From a virus (taxonomy: Duplodnaviria; Caudoviricetes), in the IMG/VR virus record IMGVR_UViG_3300010373_000047, positions 273 through 64,272 of that record: 64,000 nucleotides of DNA; one strand, written 5' to 3'. Shown here one piece after another: positions 46,719 through 56,327 of this stretch. The position numbers were made by a program, and so were the translations under genes. How positions within the stretch are numbered: position 1 is the first letter of the stretch; each line of letters begins with the position of its first letter. The notes beneath the pieces were generated by a model. It did not search any database, was not told the origin of the DNA, and saw nothing but the letters and a program-made list of their open reading frames with translations.

Positions 46719-47068
46719 GCTATTTCCCACACGATCCAAAACGCGAATTTCGCCTCACGGTGTTGGGTACGATGTTGTTGCTCGCGAGCATGTTCGCGAT
46801 TGCCGCGCTAGGCGGGTGCGTAGCTCGTGTCGAGCCCGACACTACATGCCAAAGCGTTGTGGTTAAAGTTCCGGTCGCTACGTGTCCTGTGCCGCCCGTT
46901 CTGACGCCTCCACACGAATTTGTTTATGATCTTGACGGCAGCGCGTCGCCGGATGAAATCGAAAAAGCACAAGAGGCGACGATTCTCGAGTTAGAATCGT
47001 CGCTAGGTGAATGCTCGGGGTACCTCGACGCCTATCGCTCTATTCCGTCGCCGGTGCCAACTCCGTAA
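46715..47068 (+). CDS. Outer-membrane spanin lipoprotein (Rz1-like)
   Basis: Hydrophobic stretch then lipobox LGGC; Pro-rich VKVPVATCPVPP. Confidence 0.65.
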   Translation: MSYFPHDPKREFRLTVLGTMLLLASMFAIAALGGCVARVEPDTTCQSVVVKVPVATCPVPPVLTPPHEFVYDLDGSASPDEIEKAQEATILELESSLGECSGYLDAYRSIPSPVPTP

Positions 47069-47636
47069 CGTCTGCCAGCTTCTTGCTATACGCTCGTAGC
47101 CGTTCGGCCCGCGCCAGCCACCCTTCAAGAAATCGCCCCTGGTCGGGGTGTTCGACCGCCACGCGCTGGTGGTGTCCGATTCGGAGATCGATATAGTTAT
47201 CGATTGTCGGCCCACATCCGGCCCTGTGTAGCGCCGCAAACAAAGCAGGCGATACTTGATGCGAGACCGGCAAATTGACAGCTAGACGCGCCCACGCGAT
47301 GGCGTATCCTGGCCCGCACAGTATCGCCGTGTCGCCGATTGCAACCGCATACCACGGGTCCATGACGCCGCACGAACAGGCATCAAAGTATTGCGTCTTG
47401 TAGATATCGCGAACCTCGTCAAGCGTAATGAGCCGGACGGCTTGGCTTGGGAGGTTGTGTCGGTATCTGTACGCCGTATATACGACTTGCGTGACGCCGC
47501 CCGATGTTGCGCCTCCGCGATCATGCGGATCGTTGACGTAACCACCCTCTTCTCTGAAGGTGAAGTCGAAAAACAAGTCGAAATTACTTTTTGACGAGGG
47601 TTTCGCGGAGGTCGTTAATGTCGGATCGGATATCAT
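47040..47636 (-). CDS. Endolysin, glycoside hydrolase family 108
   Basis: EGGYVNDPHDRGGAT..GVTQ, IYKTQY, FLEGWLAR. Confidence 0.9.
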   Translation of the reverse strand: MISDPTLTTSAKPSSKSNFDLFFDFTFREEGGYVNDPHDRGGATSGGVTQVVYTAYRYRHNLPSQAVRLITLDEVRDIYKTQYFDACSCGVMDPWYAVAIGDTAILCGPGYAIAWARLAVNLPVSHQVSPALFAALHRAGCGPTIDNYIDLRIGHHQRVAVEHPDQGRFLEGWLARAERLRAYSKKLADVTELAPATE

Positions 47637-47910
47637 GTACCGCTCCTGCAAACTCGGAGCGGATCGCGGTATGGAACCGCTCGTCGGATTCGCGATGCTG
47701 TTGTAAATCGCTGCGCAGCAAGCCGATCAGCTCTTTGTGGTGGGTATCCATGCCGGTAATTTCCGATGAGGTTTTTGCCTCGAGCGCCTGTAACGCCGAT
47801 TTGTCCGCCTTGCTGCGAACGACCGCAACAATCGCTCCGACTAACGCCGACGCCAAAATGCTGACGGTTGCGATTAGCGCCGCGTCGAGCCCTGTCGTAC
47901 CGGCAAACAT
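47584..47910 (-). CDS. Membrane protein (holin/antiholin candidate)
   Basis: One TM plus coiled coil, immediately upstream of endolysin. Confidence 0.5.
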   Translation of the reverse strand: MFAGTTGLDAALIATVSILASALVGAIVAVVRSKADKSALQALEAKTSSEITGMDTHHKELIGLLRSDLQQHRESDERFHTAIRSEFAGAVHDIRSDINDLRETLVKK

Positions 47911-47911
47911 T

Positions 47912-48199
47912 TTAACGGGGCTCGGACTCGCGTTTTGCGTTGATACCCCAACAAGCAACCCCGAGAAACGCCCCGAACGATCCAATGAGCGTAGCTAGGT
48001 GGGTGGCTAGTGACGCGGTGCCGCTTAATAGCTCGGTGTAGGATGCCGGTTTAACGATAAACGCCCCGACAGCGGCGACAGACACGTCGGCAAGGGTCAC
48101 TATCAGTAACGCCCCAAGAACAACTGCAACTGACACGCGAGCGATATCGCCGCTTTTGTTGTCTGCTCCAGTCAGCGTGCTACGCCAAAAATCGCTCAT
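47912..48199 (-). CDS. Putative holin
   Basis: MSDFWRSTLTGADNKSGDIARV, two TM segments, basic C-terminus. Confidence 0.55.
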   Translation of the reverse strand: MSDFWRSTLTGADNKSGDIARVSVAVVLGALLIVTLADVSVAAVGAFIVKPASYTELLSGTASLATHLATLIGSFGAFLGVACWGINAKRESEPR

Positions 48200-48209
48200 A
48201 ACGCCTCGT

Positions 48210-48239
48210 ATCATAGCACCAAGGTTGACGCCCGATAAT
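48210..48239 (-). promoter_or_regulatory. Putative late promoter (ATTATCG-N17-TATGAT)
   Basis: Shared motif heading the lysis genes. Confidence 0.55.
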
Positions 48240-48248
48240 CCGGTCCGG

Positions 48249-49409
48249 TTATGGTGCGGTCCGTCCCTTGGTGTTGTTGGCGATCCAGTGGTATGCACAC
48301 ACCGCGCCCTGGTTTGCTGGGTTGCCGAGACCGGTGCTGTTCGAGCCATACGAATCGTACTGATACACGCCCCACGCCAAATTTGACACCGCCTGCTGCG
48401 CAAGCGTGTCCTCGCTTGTCGCTGCTTGGCCCCCAACCGGCATAAGCGACGCGTCTTGTTTGATAAACGGAGGCGCGAACGTCGGCCCCATGCCGTCGTT
48501 ATACATCTGGACCACTTGCCCGTACCCGTTCTTGACCATGTCGCGCTGAATATCGGTGATCATCACTGTATCTTGGGCGTTGGGACCGCTCGATACGATG
48601 TTTCCGCTATCGTCAATGGGAGGAAAGTTCGACGGCGATAGATCGAGCTGTAGCTTTGGTCCGTTCAGTCCGAACGAGGCCACATACTGCGCCGCTATGC
48701 TAAGTAGCGCATTGCGCACCTTGAGCCGAGTATAGCCAACCGCCTTCCATGCCGCAGTATCGTTTTGGGAACAGCATTGATATTGCGCCGCCGAGCCGTT
48801 GCAAGACACCGTGCCGGTTCCGATTCCATTGATGGCGTTTTGGTACGGTAACGCCATTATCGTCGCCTGGTTAGCGAACCCGCCAACCATGATCGCCTTG
48901 ACTACTGGCTGCCACGTGCCTGGAAATGTGGCATCTAGGTGCGCCTTGAGCGCTGCGATCATAGCGTTCCATTTTGTTAGAAAGGTGGCGTTGTACGGTA
49001 CGTTGACCGTGTATGCAGAACAGGTCGTGGTGTCTGCGTTGTTAGCGTTAGCAATCGACGAGAACGCGGCCGTCGGGTCCTCGGTATAAAGCCACGCAGG
49101 GGTTGCTGACCCAGGCTTGATCGCAATCGTAATTGTCTTGCCGTCGGCTATGGCGCGATTGATGAATAAATCGACTGTGGCCGACCAAGCATACGTACCG
49201 TCAGCAGTCTCGAGGGTTCTCCACCGAAAGCCCGCCCAGTAACTATCCACACACGAATTATGCTGGATGTTTGACGGAACCGACAGCGTCGTCCAGTTCG
49301 AGTCGATGTTGGCGACGTAACCCCACCCCACAGCGGGCGCTTGCGCCGCGAGCCCAATAGTAGGCGCGAACGCAAAACAGGCCATTACAATGAAAACGAG
49401 TTTTCGCAC
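48249..49409 (-). CDS. Exported GH-A-like TIM-barrel protein, paralog of 24842..25849
   Basis: GTG start with RBS AAGGAG; signal peptide RKLVFIVMACFAFAPTIGLA; WRTLETADGTYAWS, TPAWLY, VPYN..FL, DTAAW...GYT. Confidence 0.65.
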   Translation of the reverse strand: MRKLVFIVMACFAFAPTIGLAAQAPAVGWGYVANIDSNWTTLSVPSNIQHNSCVDSYWAGFRWRTLETADGTYAWSATVDLFINRAIADGKTITIAIKPGSATPAWLYTEDPTAAFSSIANANNADTTTCSAYTVNVPYNATFLTKWNAMIAALKAHLDATFPGTWQPVVKAIMVGGFANQATIMALPYQNAINGIGTGTVSCNGSAAQYQCCSQNDTAAWKAVGYTRLKVRNALLSIAAQYVASFGLNGPKLQLDLSPSNFPPIDDSGNIVSSGPNAQDTVMITDIQRDMVKNGYGQVVQMYNDGMGPTFAPPFIKQDASLMPVGGQAATSEDTLAQQAVSNLAWGVYQYDSYGSNSTGLGNPANQGAVCAYHWIANNTKGRTAP

Positions 49410-49420
49410 TCGGATGCTCC

Positions 49421-51145
49421 TTACCGATACGATTGCCACTCGACCAGAGCGGCGGTGCCGACTGGCACGCTATCGATATTATTAGCAGGCGCCTCGACTG
49501 TGAATGTGTTGCCCGCCGCACGCGCCTGTAGTGAAACTGTACACGATCCGGTAGCCGCGAACGGGTTAGCACCACCGCCATAACTCAACATCATGTCCGG
49601 AAAGTGCTCTTGACGGAAACGGTCGCCAACGGTCGGCCCAAGTGCTGAATAATAAGCCGGATCGAGACCGTGGGGGTCGGTGTTGCTGCTTGGACATGTA
49701 GCCAACAACTGAAAATCAATAGCCGTTGGATACGCGCCGGTCTGGAACAACATGTCGAGTGTGCCGCCCTTGAGCTTAAAGGCGCTATTCGATCCGCCAG
49801 GATTTGCGCCCAACGGTCCGATAGTACATGAGGCAATTGTGGTCCATGCGCCACCTGTTCCGGTAGCAGCTACCACAACATTGCCCGACGGAATTGCTTT
49901 GCACGCGCCCCAATTCGCGCCGCTTGAGCGCGGGGTGCGCATATCGACAGTGGCGTTACCAGCAGCGGCAATCGTTTGTGTTACGCACCCCAGAATCGGC
50001 TGCGAAGTAACGGTTGCGAGCGCAATGAGCGCCGCGCCATTAGTACACGAAATGCCGGTATCGTGCGCGCTGCCGTCAACGGTTGTTGAATTGATGAAAG
50101 CGTGTCCGCTTGTAGTCGCGCCATCAAACGCCAACGTACACGAACCAGTATAAACCAAGTCTGCGACGAGCTGGCTCGATCCATTGGTGCCGACGCCCGA
50201 TACGCATCCGCTTGCGCCAATATCGGTGTGTAGGTTTTTCGTCACGGTGGCGCTCATCGGTCCAAACCCAAAGACAAGTTTCCCCAGGTTGTTCACCACG
50301 GGCGCTGTCGCATTTTGCAACAAAATATCCTGGGAGGGGTTGCCCGCTGTGGCGCTTGCCGAGCTCGATGCGCCAGCCGCAGGATACCAACCCGTGCCGC
50401 TATACCATACACCACACGGCGTCGATCCGCCGCCTGCCGTTATCTGTGTTCCTGCCGTACATGATGGCGCATCTGTTATCGAGCACAGCGTTCCCGCACT
50501 TGGCGACGCTGGGAGCGCAGCAAACGTACTCGCCGCGCCGCACGCCGTGCCGCCCGAAGAAACCGGTAGCGGGTTCGTAAGCGCGAGATTAGAAAAACCG
50601 ACGGACGTACCCTGAATGGCATAATTCAACGGCACCGACGGCTTGTACGCGAAATTAAAAATCGACGCTTGGCTCGCGACGCGCTCCCATTGATAGACGT
50701 CGCACGCCCCGCCACCAATAGGCCCCGATCCGGTTGATAGCCCAGGGAGCGAGCTGGTTGCCTGTGCGATTGGATTGTCTCCGTCGTCGTCAGCCCAGGC
50801 CACAGTGTACGCATTAGCGCCGGTTTGACACGCGACGATAAACGGCTGTTCTCCGTCACCCATGTTGTGCAGATGTAGCGTGGTGTTGGCCTGTACGCTC
50901 ACGAAGAAATTAGGCGTCGAGCCGTTGCCGCCGTTCAGTGTGGTCGAGGCGGTGGTAGCGTTGACAACCGTAAATGGTCCGCCGCCGGAGCCGCCACTAG
51001 ATATAGCGTTGATGCACGCTTGGACTTGAGCGAGGCTTGCCGCTCCGGTCAGCTTGGCGTCTAGCGTGCACGACGCCTCGGCTCGCGCCGCAACACACAC
51101 CGCCAATAGCGTCGCCGCAATGATCGTTTTGCGCATCCAATCCAT
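49421..51145 (-). CDS. Exported, Cys-rich tail-fibre-like protein
   Basis: Signal peptide MRKTIIAATLLAVCVAARAEA; LPVSSGGT, TFAALP..GTLCSITDA..GGGS..VWYSGTGW, FDGATTSG motifs; occupies the tail-fibre position. Confidence 0.6.
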   Translation of the reverse strand: MDWMRKTIIAATLLAVCVAARAEASCTLDAKLTGAASLAQVQACINAISSGGSGGGPFTVVNATTASTTLNGGNGSTPNFFVSVQANTTLHLHNMGDGEQPFIVACQTGANAYTVAWADDDGDNPIAQATSSLPGLSTGSGPIGGGACDVYQWERVASQASIFNFAYKPSVPLNYAIQGTSVGFSNLALTNPLPVSSGGTACGAASTFAALPASPSAGTLCSITDAPSCTAGTQITAGGGSTPCGVWYSGTGWYPAAGASSSASATAGNPSQDILLQNATAPVVNNLGKLVFGFGPMSATVTKNLHTDIGASGCVSGVGTNGSSQLVADLVYTGSCTLAFDGATTSGHAFINSTTVDGSAHDTGISCTNGAALIALATVTSQPILGCVTQTIAAAGNATVDMRTPRSSGANWGACKAIPSGNVVVAATGTGGAWTTIASCTIGPLGANPGGSNSAFKLKGGTLDMLFQTGAYPTAIDFQLLATCPSSNTDPHGLDPAYYSALGPTVGDRFRQEHFPDMMLSYGGGANPFAATGSCTVSLQARAAGNTFTVEAPANNIDSVPVGTAALVEWQSYR

Positions 51146-52314
51146 TATAACTTGATACCTCTTAACTGGACTTGCTTGAGCTTGAAAAATCGGTTCATAA
51201 ATTCCTCGAACTCGAGGTTGTCTTGCTTGAACCGCACCCGATAATAAAAACCGCTCGATAGGATCACCGACACCCCAACCGACACCGTTTGCGCCAGCGT
51301 AACCAGCCCTGTCGAGTTTACCGACCATGCCGCCGATCCGTTCGCCTCCGTAAACTGCGGCACCATCGAGAATCCGGTTGGCCCGATTGGCGCGATGCCG
51401 AAATTATACCACGTGATTGCAGTGCTACCCGAGCCGTCACTGACCGTTGCGCCGAATGTTTGTGGCCATGTTGGTGTCACGCCGCCAGAAACGCCGCCAC
51501 CTGGCGTAACGAAGCAATAGCCACCCGCGTTACCCGACCCAGGAACAACGCACGCGTTCGCGCCGTATGTATGCGTTGATGCCCACCCGCTTAATCCGCT
51601 AGGAGCGTCAAGCCATAACTGCGACACCGGCCCTTGGTTGACCCACGACGTTGTGCCGTCTTGTACCACGTCGTTAAAATTTGATGCCTTGCGCCAATCT
51701 GGTTCGGTCGTGCCGGTCGTGCCGGTCGTTCCTGGTGTGTAGTAACACGGCCACCCAGCCGTCTGCCAATGTCCGTATAGCCGTTGTGTGCCTAGCAACA
51801 TGCCGACCGCCGTTGGTACGAGCGATCCAACGCCAGCCGTAACCGGCAAACCAGCGCTCCAAGTGCCACACCCGAGCGGAGTGCCGTTCAAATTCTGAAC
51901 TACTTCGGAAAATTCACCGCGTTGTCGAATCGCTTGAAAATTGACGTTTCCGGTGGTGTCACCTATGCCAAGCACCGCCTGCGCGATTGCATTATCGGTC
52001 GGATCGTCAAACAGAAAATCATCGAACGCCCCACCGCGCGCAAGAAAGAATCCTGATAGTGCGTCGAAGTCGTTTGCCTGCATGGTGGCGGGCGATATCA
52101 ACGTGCCCGAGTTGGGAATTTGCCCCACGTAGGCATAAGGCTGGCGCGACTGCAGATAATTGAACGTGAGCTCGATGTTCCAGATTGGATTGGTCCAAAG
52201 CGACAACCGCGATTCGACACCCGACGTCGCCTCGGATATCAGCGTGCGCATCTGGGGCGTCTTGATAACGCTAAACGCCTGACCAGGAAATTTCGGAAAG
52301 ATGACGTTACTCAC
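51145..52314 (-). CDS. Distal tail protein, DUF2460 (GTA-like), with inserted repeats
   Basis: GTG start; FSVIKTP..RT....SGVESR...W, GFFLARGG.FD.FLF.DP.D, FYYRVRF..D.LEF. Confidence 0.8.
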   Translation of the reverse strand: MSNVIFPKFPGQAFSVIKTPQMRTLISEATSGVESRLSLWTNPIWNIELTFNYLQSRQPYAYVGQIPNSGTLISPATMQANDFDALSGFFLARGGAFDDFLFDDPTDNAIAQAVLGIGDTTGNVNFQAIRQRGEFSEVVQNLNGTPLGCGTWSAGLPVTAGVGSLVPTAVGMLLGTQRLYGHWQTAGWPCYYTPGTTGTTGTTEPDWRKASNFNDVVQDGTTSWVNQGPVSQLWLDAPSGLSGWASTHTYGANACVVPGSGNAGGYCFVTPGGGVSGGVTPTWPQTFGATVSDGSGSTAITWYNFGIAPIGPTGFSMVPQFTEANGSAAWSVNSTGLVTLAQTVSVGVSVILSSGFYYRVRFKQDNLEFEEFMNRFFKLKQVQLRGIKL

Positions 52315-52696
52315 GGACAACAATGACCAAAGGATCGGATCGATAGCGAGCATCGCGCACAACAATGCGATGCTCGCCAGCCGTTCTTGGGCGAAATAGA
52401 TAAGGGCTCGTCTGCGTCGCCACAACTGGCATTCTGTTGATCCACAGTTTCACCGGATCGATAGCCTCCCATGATACCAGCGCGATATCGCCCGCGTTAA
52501 TAAGCCGATCCCGCGCAGCCAGCTTGATGTTGCGCTTGCGTACAATGCGGGTTCGGCCGTCGCACGTCATAAAGTGCGGCTCGCGCACAAATGCCGTTGT
52601 TGCAAACCAGTCAAACGGATCGCCCATTTGGGTGAATAACGATAGCGGCACCTCGTATGCGCGACCATCAAGCTCGACGGTGTGTGTTAGTATCAT
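52307..52696 (-). CDS. Hypothetical tail protein
   Basis: ATGA overlap with the tail tip gene. Confidence 0.5.
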   Translation of the reverse strand: MILTHTVELDGRAYEVPLSLFTQMGDPFDWFATTAFVREPHFMTCDGRTRIVRKRNIKLAARDRLINAGDIALVSWEAIDPVKLWINRMPVVATQTSPYLFRPRTAGEHRIVVRDARYRSDPLVIVVRE

Positions 52697-55600
52697 TGCC
52701 CAGACACCGCACGCGAAACCGCAGGCGACGCAGTCAGGTTCGCGACATCTACCGCAAAGGTGAATTGGCCTGAACCGCTTCCGTTTGTCACTTTAATTTG
52801 AGCGGTCAATGTCAAAAGCCCCGAATACCCTGAAATTGTGCGCGAGAACATGGTGCCGAATTGCTCCATCGAGTTCTCGGTACCGACCTGGAGCGTTACG
52901 CGCCCGCTGGCGATTACCGTCGAGCCGTCTAAGATTTGCCAATGCACCCGGTCGCCTGGACTGAAATTCGAGAACGCCCACGATCCATCAACCGCGACCA
53001 CGGTTTTGGTTTTTTTCGATGCGATGTTAACCGCGCACGTTGCGAGAGTCACCCATGTATTATATGGGTTCATCGCCCCGAGGCCTTCCCACTGCAGCGA
53101 GATATCTTGTGTGATGCCGCCAAGCGCAGTGCTCCATGCCGGAGCGGACGCGCCGGTTACTCCGCTAATCGTGAGCTGTGCGGTGCTGCCCCACGCAAAC
53201 AACGTCAGAATCTGCCACCCTGCTACGCCGCTGATAGTCAGTCCAGGCGCTTGTGGCGCAGCAGTGGTGCCGGTAGTTTGGGCGCTTTGACTGACACCGC
53301 TAACGCCCGAATAACCGACCATCGCCCCGTTATTATTGCAGCTAGCACCCAGGGTCCAGGCGTAGGTCGCGGGCTCGCTCGCTGGGTTCGATACCACGTG
53401 GTAATACAAATACGACTGGATCGCTGAACCGTTAGCGACGCCCTCGATCAAGGTCCATCCGGCTGCCGAACTGACTGTTGTTCCGGCGTGCGCAACAACC
53501 TGGGCGATCAAGATATCGCCAACGTTCATTACGGGCGGAGTGGGGATCGTCACAGATACCCCGAGCGAATCCGTACCTTGGCCGATGCCGGTTACGGCTA
53601 TCGTTTTCCCAGCAGCTTGCTGGAGCACCACGGTTTGCCCGACCCACGCATTAGACGCAGACAGGCTTTGCGTTACGCCTAAAAAAGTGCCTGCGGATGG
53701 CCACGCAAAATCATACAGCGCTAAGCCTGGGTGGGACGATTTATTCGAGTTATAGTTCCATTCAATGCCGCCGATGCTGACGAGTTGTTGGCCTTTGCCG
53801 TTCGAGTCGATCACAATTGCCCCGAGCTCCTCGGCTGTGCTTGCGGTCCAATCTGGTGCTATGCCGATCCCTAGCGCGCTCGGTAACGTTCCGTTGCCGT
53901 TTGGATCGTTATACGCGGTGCCGGATACGGTGTACTCGAACGCCTGAACCGACGAGATATCTTGTTCTTCGTCTCCGTACTGGTTGAAAGAGGTGAATTT
54001 CAGCCAGATACTTTGCCCGATGAGGCGTGTGGGATATTCCCATTGCAAAATCGCTTGATCGATATTCTGGAGCACGTTCAAAAAACAGAACTGCGCGCCA
54101 TCGTTATGAGCACCAGCAGTCGATCCGAACAGCCCGCGATTTAGACGCGATAGCGTGTAGTGGTTTGGCGTCGTTAGTGTTGTCGCCGTGGTGAACGACA
54201 TAAACTCGCCATCAACCCAACAGAGGTTGTTGTACGCATCCGCCAAAGCGTTAGACGTGCTTTGCAACGCGACGTATGCGGCCGTCGGCGATTCGCTCAA
54301 ATCAACCTGCAGGGCGTGGGTGGTGTCGGGGTTGGTGCCGGTATAGGCTAGAATGTTCGCCAGGAGAGAGCCTTGCGTTGCCGCCTGTTTGATGGTGCCG
54401 AGCTGGGAGTACGTCGATCCGTCTTGTGACCACCATACGTGACAGCCGCCCCAATCCGAGCCATCAAACTGCCCTGTCTGTTGTCCAGACACCCCTATCC
54501 AAATTTGCGGAACGCCGCCCACCATATCGGACGTTGGCTCAAAGATAGCGGGCGTGTTCACAAACGGTGGCTGTGCGCCGCCGTCATTCAGGATAGTGCC
54601 TGTCGGAGGCTGTGTAGAAAACCCTGGGTTGGAATTAGTGCCGATATCCTCGGCCTCGATTTCGAGCTCTCCGGTTTTCTCGTCTTCTTGGATCGATACG
54701 ATTCGCACCGGATACTCAGCCAGCCCTAGTTCCGGTCGCGTAATGCTGACGATATCAATATGCGGATCGAGCAAGATAAACCGCTGCGGGAGCCTAAACT
54801 TGTAGCTATTGCGTACAGTCAAACCCTGTACGAGCTTGAGATATGCCGTGTTGTAGGCGAGCGCAGGCGATGTAATCGGATGGAATTGTTTTGTCTGTGC
54901 GGGCTTGAGCGTATATGCGTCGATATCGCCCTGGGAAAACGCTGTTACGACCTCGATCTTGTAATCGTTCGAGCGATTGACGTACTCGACACGCCACAGA
55001 TTGTAACGGTCTTGCGGGTTCTTGCGCGTGACTACTATCGGAGGCTCTTTGTCGGATGAGCAAATATCGTTATCGGTGAGGTTGTACACGGGAGCGAGCT
55101 GCGGAGTATAAGTTATCCCGTTTCCGGTAATGGTCTGGTCGTAATATGGCGCGAGTTTTAATTCGCCCTCCGACCAACATCCGTCAGCGTGTACGGTGTC
55201 TAGTATTAGGCGTATCCATTCGCCTACCGTTTTTTGTTGGTCGATCAGCGGCGAAATAAACGTCCCTGATGCGATGCAGTACGAGCGTAGCTGTGCGGCT
55301 GAAACCGGAAAATTCATCCCTATTCCGTGGGTGGGGTCAGTTAAAATATCCGAGATGATTGCCGTCGGCTCGGCGTCCACGATGCCGCTGCCGTACTGAA
55401 GCAGACCAGCCACCTCCCACTGAAATTGCGGTAGGTTGGGCGATCCGCCCATTGGAATGTCTGTGTTGCAAACGTATGCCGTCAGGCTATAACTGAGCGC
55501 CGCCCCTGGGTGGACGCTCGCTAGATGCGACCAGACAGTTTGCCCTTGAAAGCCCTCGAACAGCTCCCAGCCGTTCGAGGCAAGGAATGACCACGGGTGG

Positions 55601-55893
55601 CTTTTATGTACCGCGCCGTCAGTCCAGCGACGCAATACGCCAGCAATCGGTCCACGGCACAGCGCGAATATCGCCGAGCAGGTATAGGTGTCGGTGTTTT
55701 GCGACTGGCCACCGCCCTTGCCGCCGCTGGTTTGGTTTTGGATTGTCGCAAGATCGCCCGCCCAGACCACATTGCTAGGCATCCGCACCTGTCCGTAGAC
55801 GATAGGCACCGCGATGTTGTATTGCGCGCCCTGAACCTGGAGCTGGTAGTAGCGCCGATTTTGCGAGCCTGATCCTTGTCCGCCGCCTCCCAT
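52693..55893 (-). CDS. Tail tip / host-specificity protein (GTA megatron/J-like central domain)
   Basis: VPIVYGQ.R...NVVW.GD, LPQF.WEV.G, WSEGELKL.PY, RGLFGS, LKFTSFN.YG; C-terminal beta domains. Confidence 0.85.
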   Translation of the reverse strand: MGGGGQGSGSQNRRYYQLQVQGAQYNIAVPIVYGQVRMPSNVVWAGDLATIQNQTSGGKGGGQSQNTDTYTCSAIFALCRGPIAGVLRRWTDGAVHKSHPWSFLASNGWELFEGFQGQTVWSHLASVHPGAALSYSLTAYVCNTDIPMGGSPNLPQFQWEVAGLLQYGSGIVDAEPTAIISDILTDPTHGIGMNFPVSAAQLRSYCIASGTFISPLIDQQKTVGEWIRLILDTVHADGCWSEGELKLAPYYDQTITGNGITYTPQLAPVYNLTDNDICSSDKEPPIVVTRKNPQDRYNLWRVEYVNRSNDYKIEVVTAFSQGDIDAYTLKPAQTKQFHPITSPALAYNTAYLKLVQGLTVRNSYKFRLPQRFILLDPHIDIVSITRPELGLAEYPVRIVSIQEDEKTGELEIEAEDIGTNSNPGFSTQPPTGTILNDGGAQPPFVNTPAIFEPTSDMVGGVPQIWIGVSGQQTGQFDGSDWGGCHVWWSQDGSTYSQLGTIKQAATQGSLLANILAYTGTNPDTTHALQVDLSESPTAAYVALQSTSNALADAYNNLCWVDGEFMSFTTATTLTTPNHYTLSRLNRGLFGSTAGAHNDGAQFCFLNVLQNIDQAILQWEYPTRLIGQSIWLKFTSFNQYGDEEQDISSVQAFEYTVSGTAYNDPNGNGTLPSALGIGIAPDWTASTAEELGAIVIDSNGKGQQLVSIGGIEWNYNSNKSSHPGLALYDFAWPSAGTFLGVTQSLSASNAWVGQTVVLQQAAGKTIAVTGIGQGTDSLGVSVTIPTPPVMNVGDILIAQVVAHAGTTVSSAAGWTLIEGVANGSAIQSYLYYHVVSNPASEPATYAWTLGASCNNNGAMVGYSGVSGVSQSAQTTGTTAAPQAPGLTISGVAGWQILTLFAWGSTAQLTISGVTGASAPAWSTALGGITQDISLQWEGLGAMNPYNTWVTLATCAVNIASKKTKTVVAVDGSWAFSNFSPGDRVHWQILDGSTVIASGRVTLQVGTENSMEQFGTMFSRTISGYSGLLTLTAQIKVTNGSGSGQFTFAVDVANLTASPAVSRAVSGQ

Positions 55894-56325
55894 TTATTCC
55901 CAATAGCTCCAGATTCCTGCAAACCGTTTCGCGAGCGCGCCCTTGGTGGCGTTGCCATACACGACGGCCTTTGCCGGTTTATATGCGTGGATGATTCGAG
56001 GCCACTCGACTACGAGCGCCCCGTGGCTGATACATAAACCCCACGTAAACATTGCCATGTCCCCTGGCTTGGGTTCGCGCCCAACCTTACGCATCCCAAA
56101 CGCCTCCATCTCGCGCACGTAGCGCGGATCGGCGTTGTGCATAGCCCAGTCTTCGGGGTAATAATCGATTACCCGATGTGGGGTAATTCCAGCCTGCTCG
56201 AACGCCTCGAGCGGCAAATGCACACAATCCATTCCGCCCGTTGAGCGACCCATGTGGCGATACGGCGTGCCGAGATACCGGACCGCAACCTCTACTACTT
56301 TGCTGCGCTGCTCTTGCTCGTCCAT
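55894..56325 (-). CDS. NlpC/P60 tail-associated peptidase
   Basis: YLGTPYRH.GR...GMDC, PGD, SHGA, IIHA. Confidence 0.9.
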   Translation of the reverse strand: MDEQEQRSKVVEVAVRYLGTPYRHMGRSTGGMDCVHLPLEAFEQAGITPHRVIDYYPEDWAMHNADPRYVREMEAFGMRKVGREPKPGDMAMFTWGLCISHGALVVEWPRIIHAYKPAKAVVYGNATKGALAKRFAGIWSYWE

Positions 56326-56327
56326 AG

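Noticed and set aside
49421-55893. Diversity-generating retroelement or invertible tail-fibre system
   Set aside because: No reverse transcriptase, invertase or template/variable repeat pair seen.
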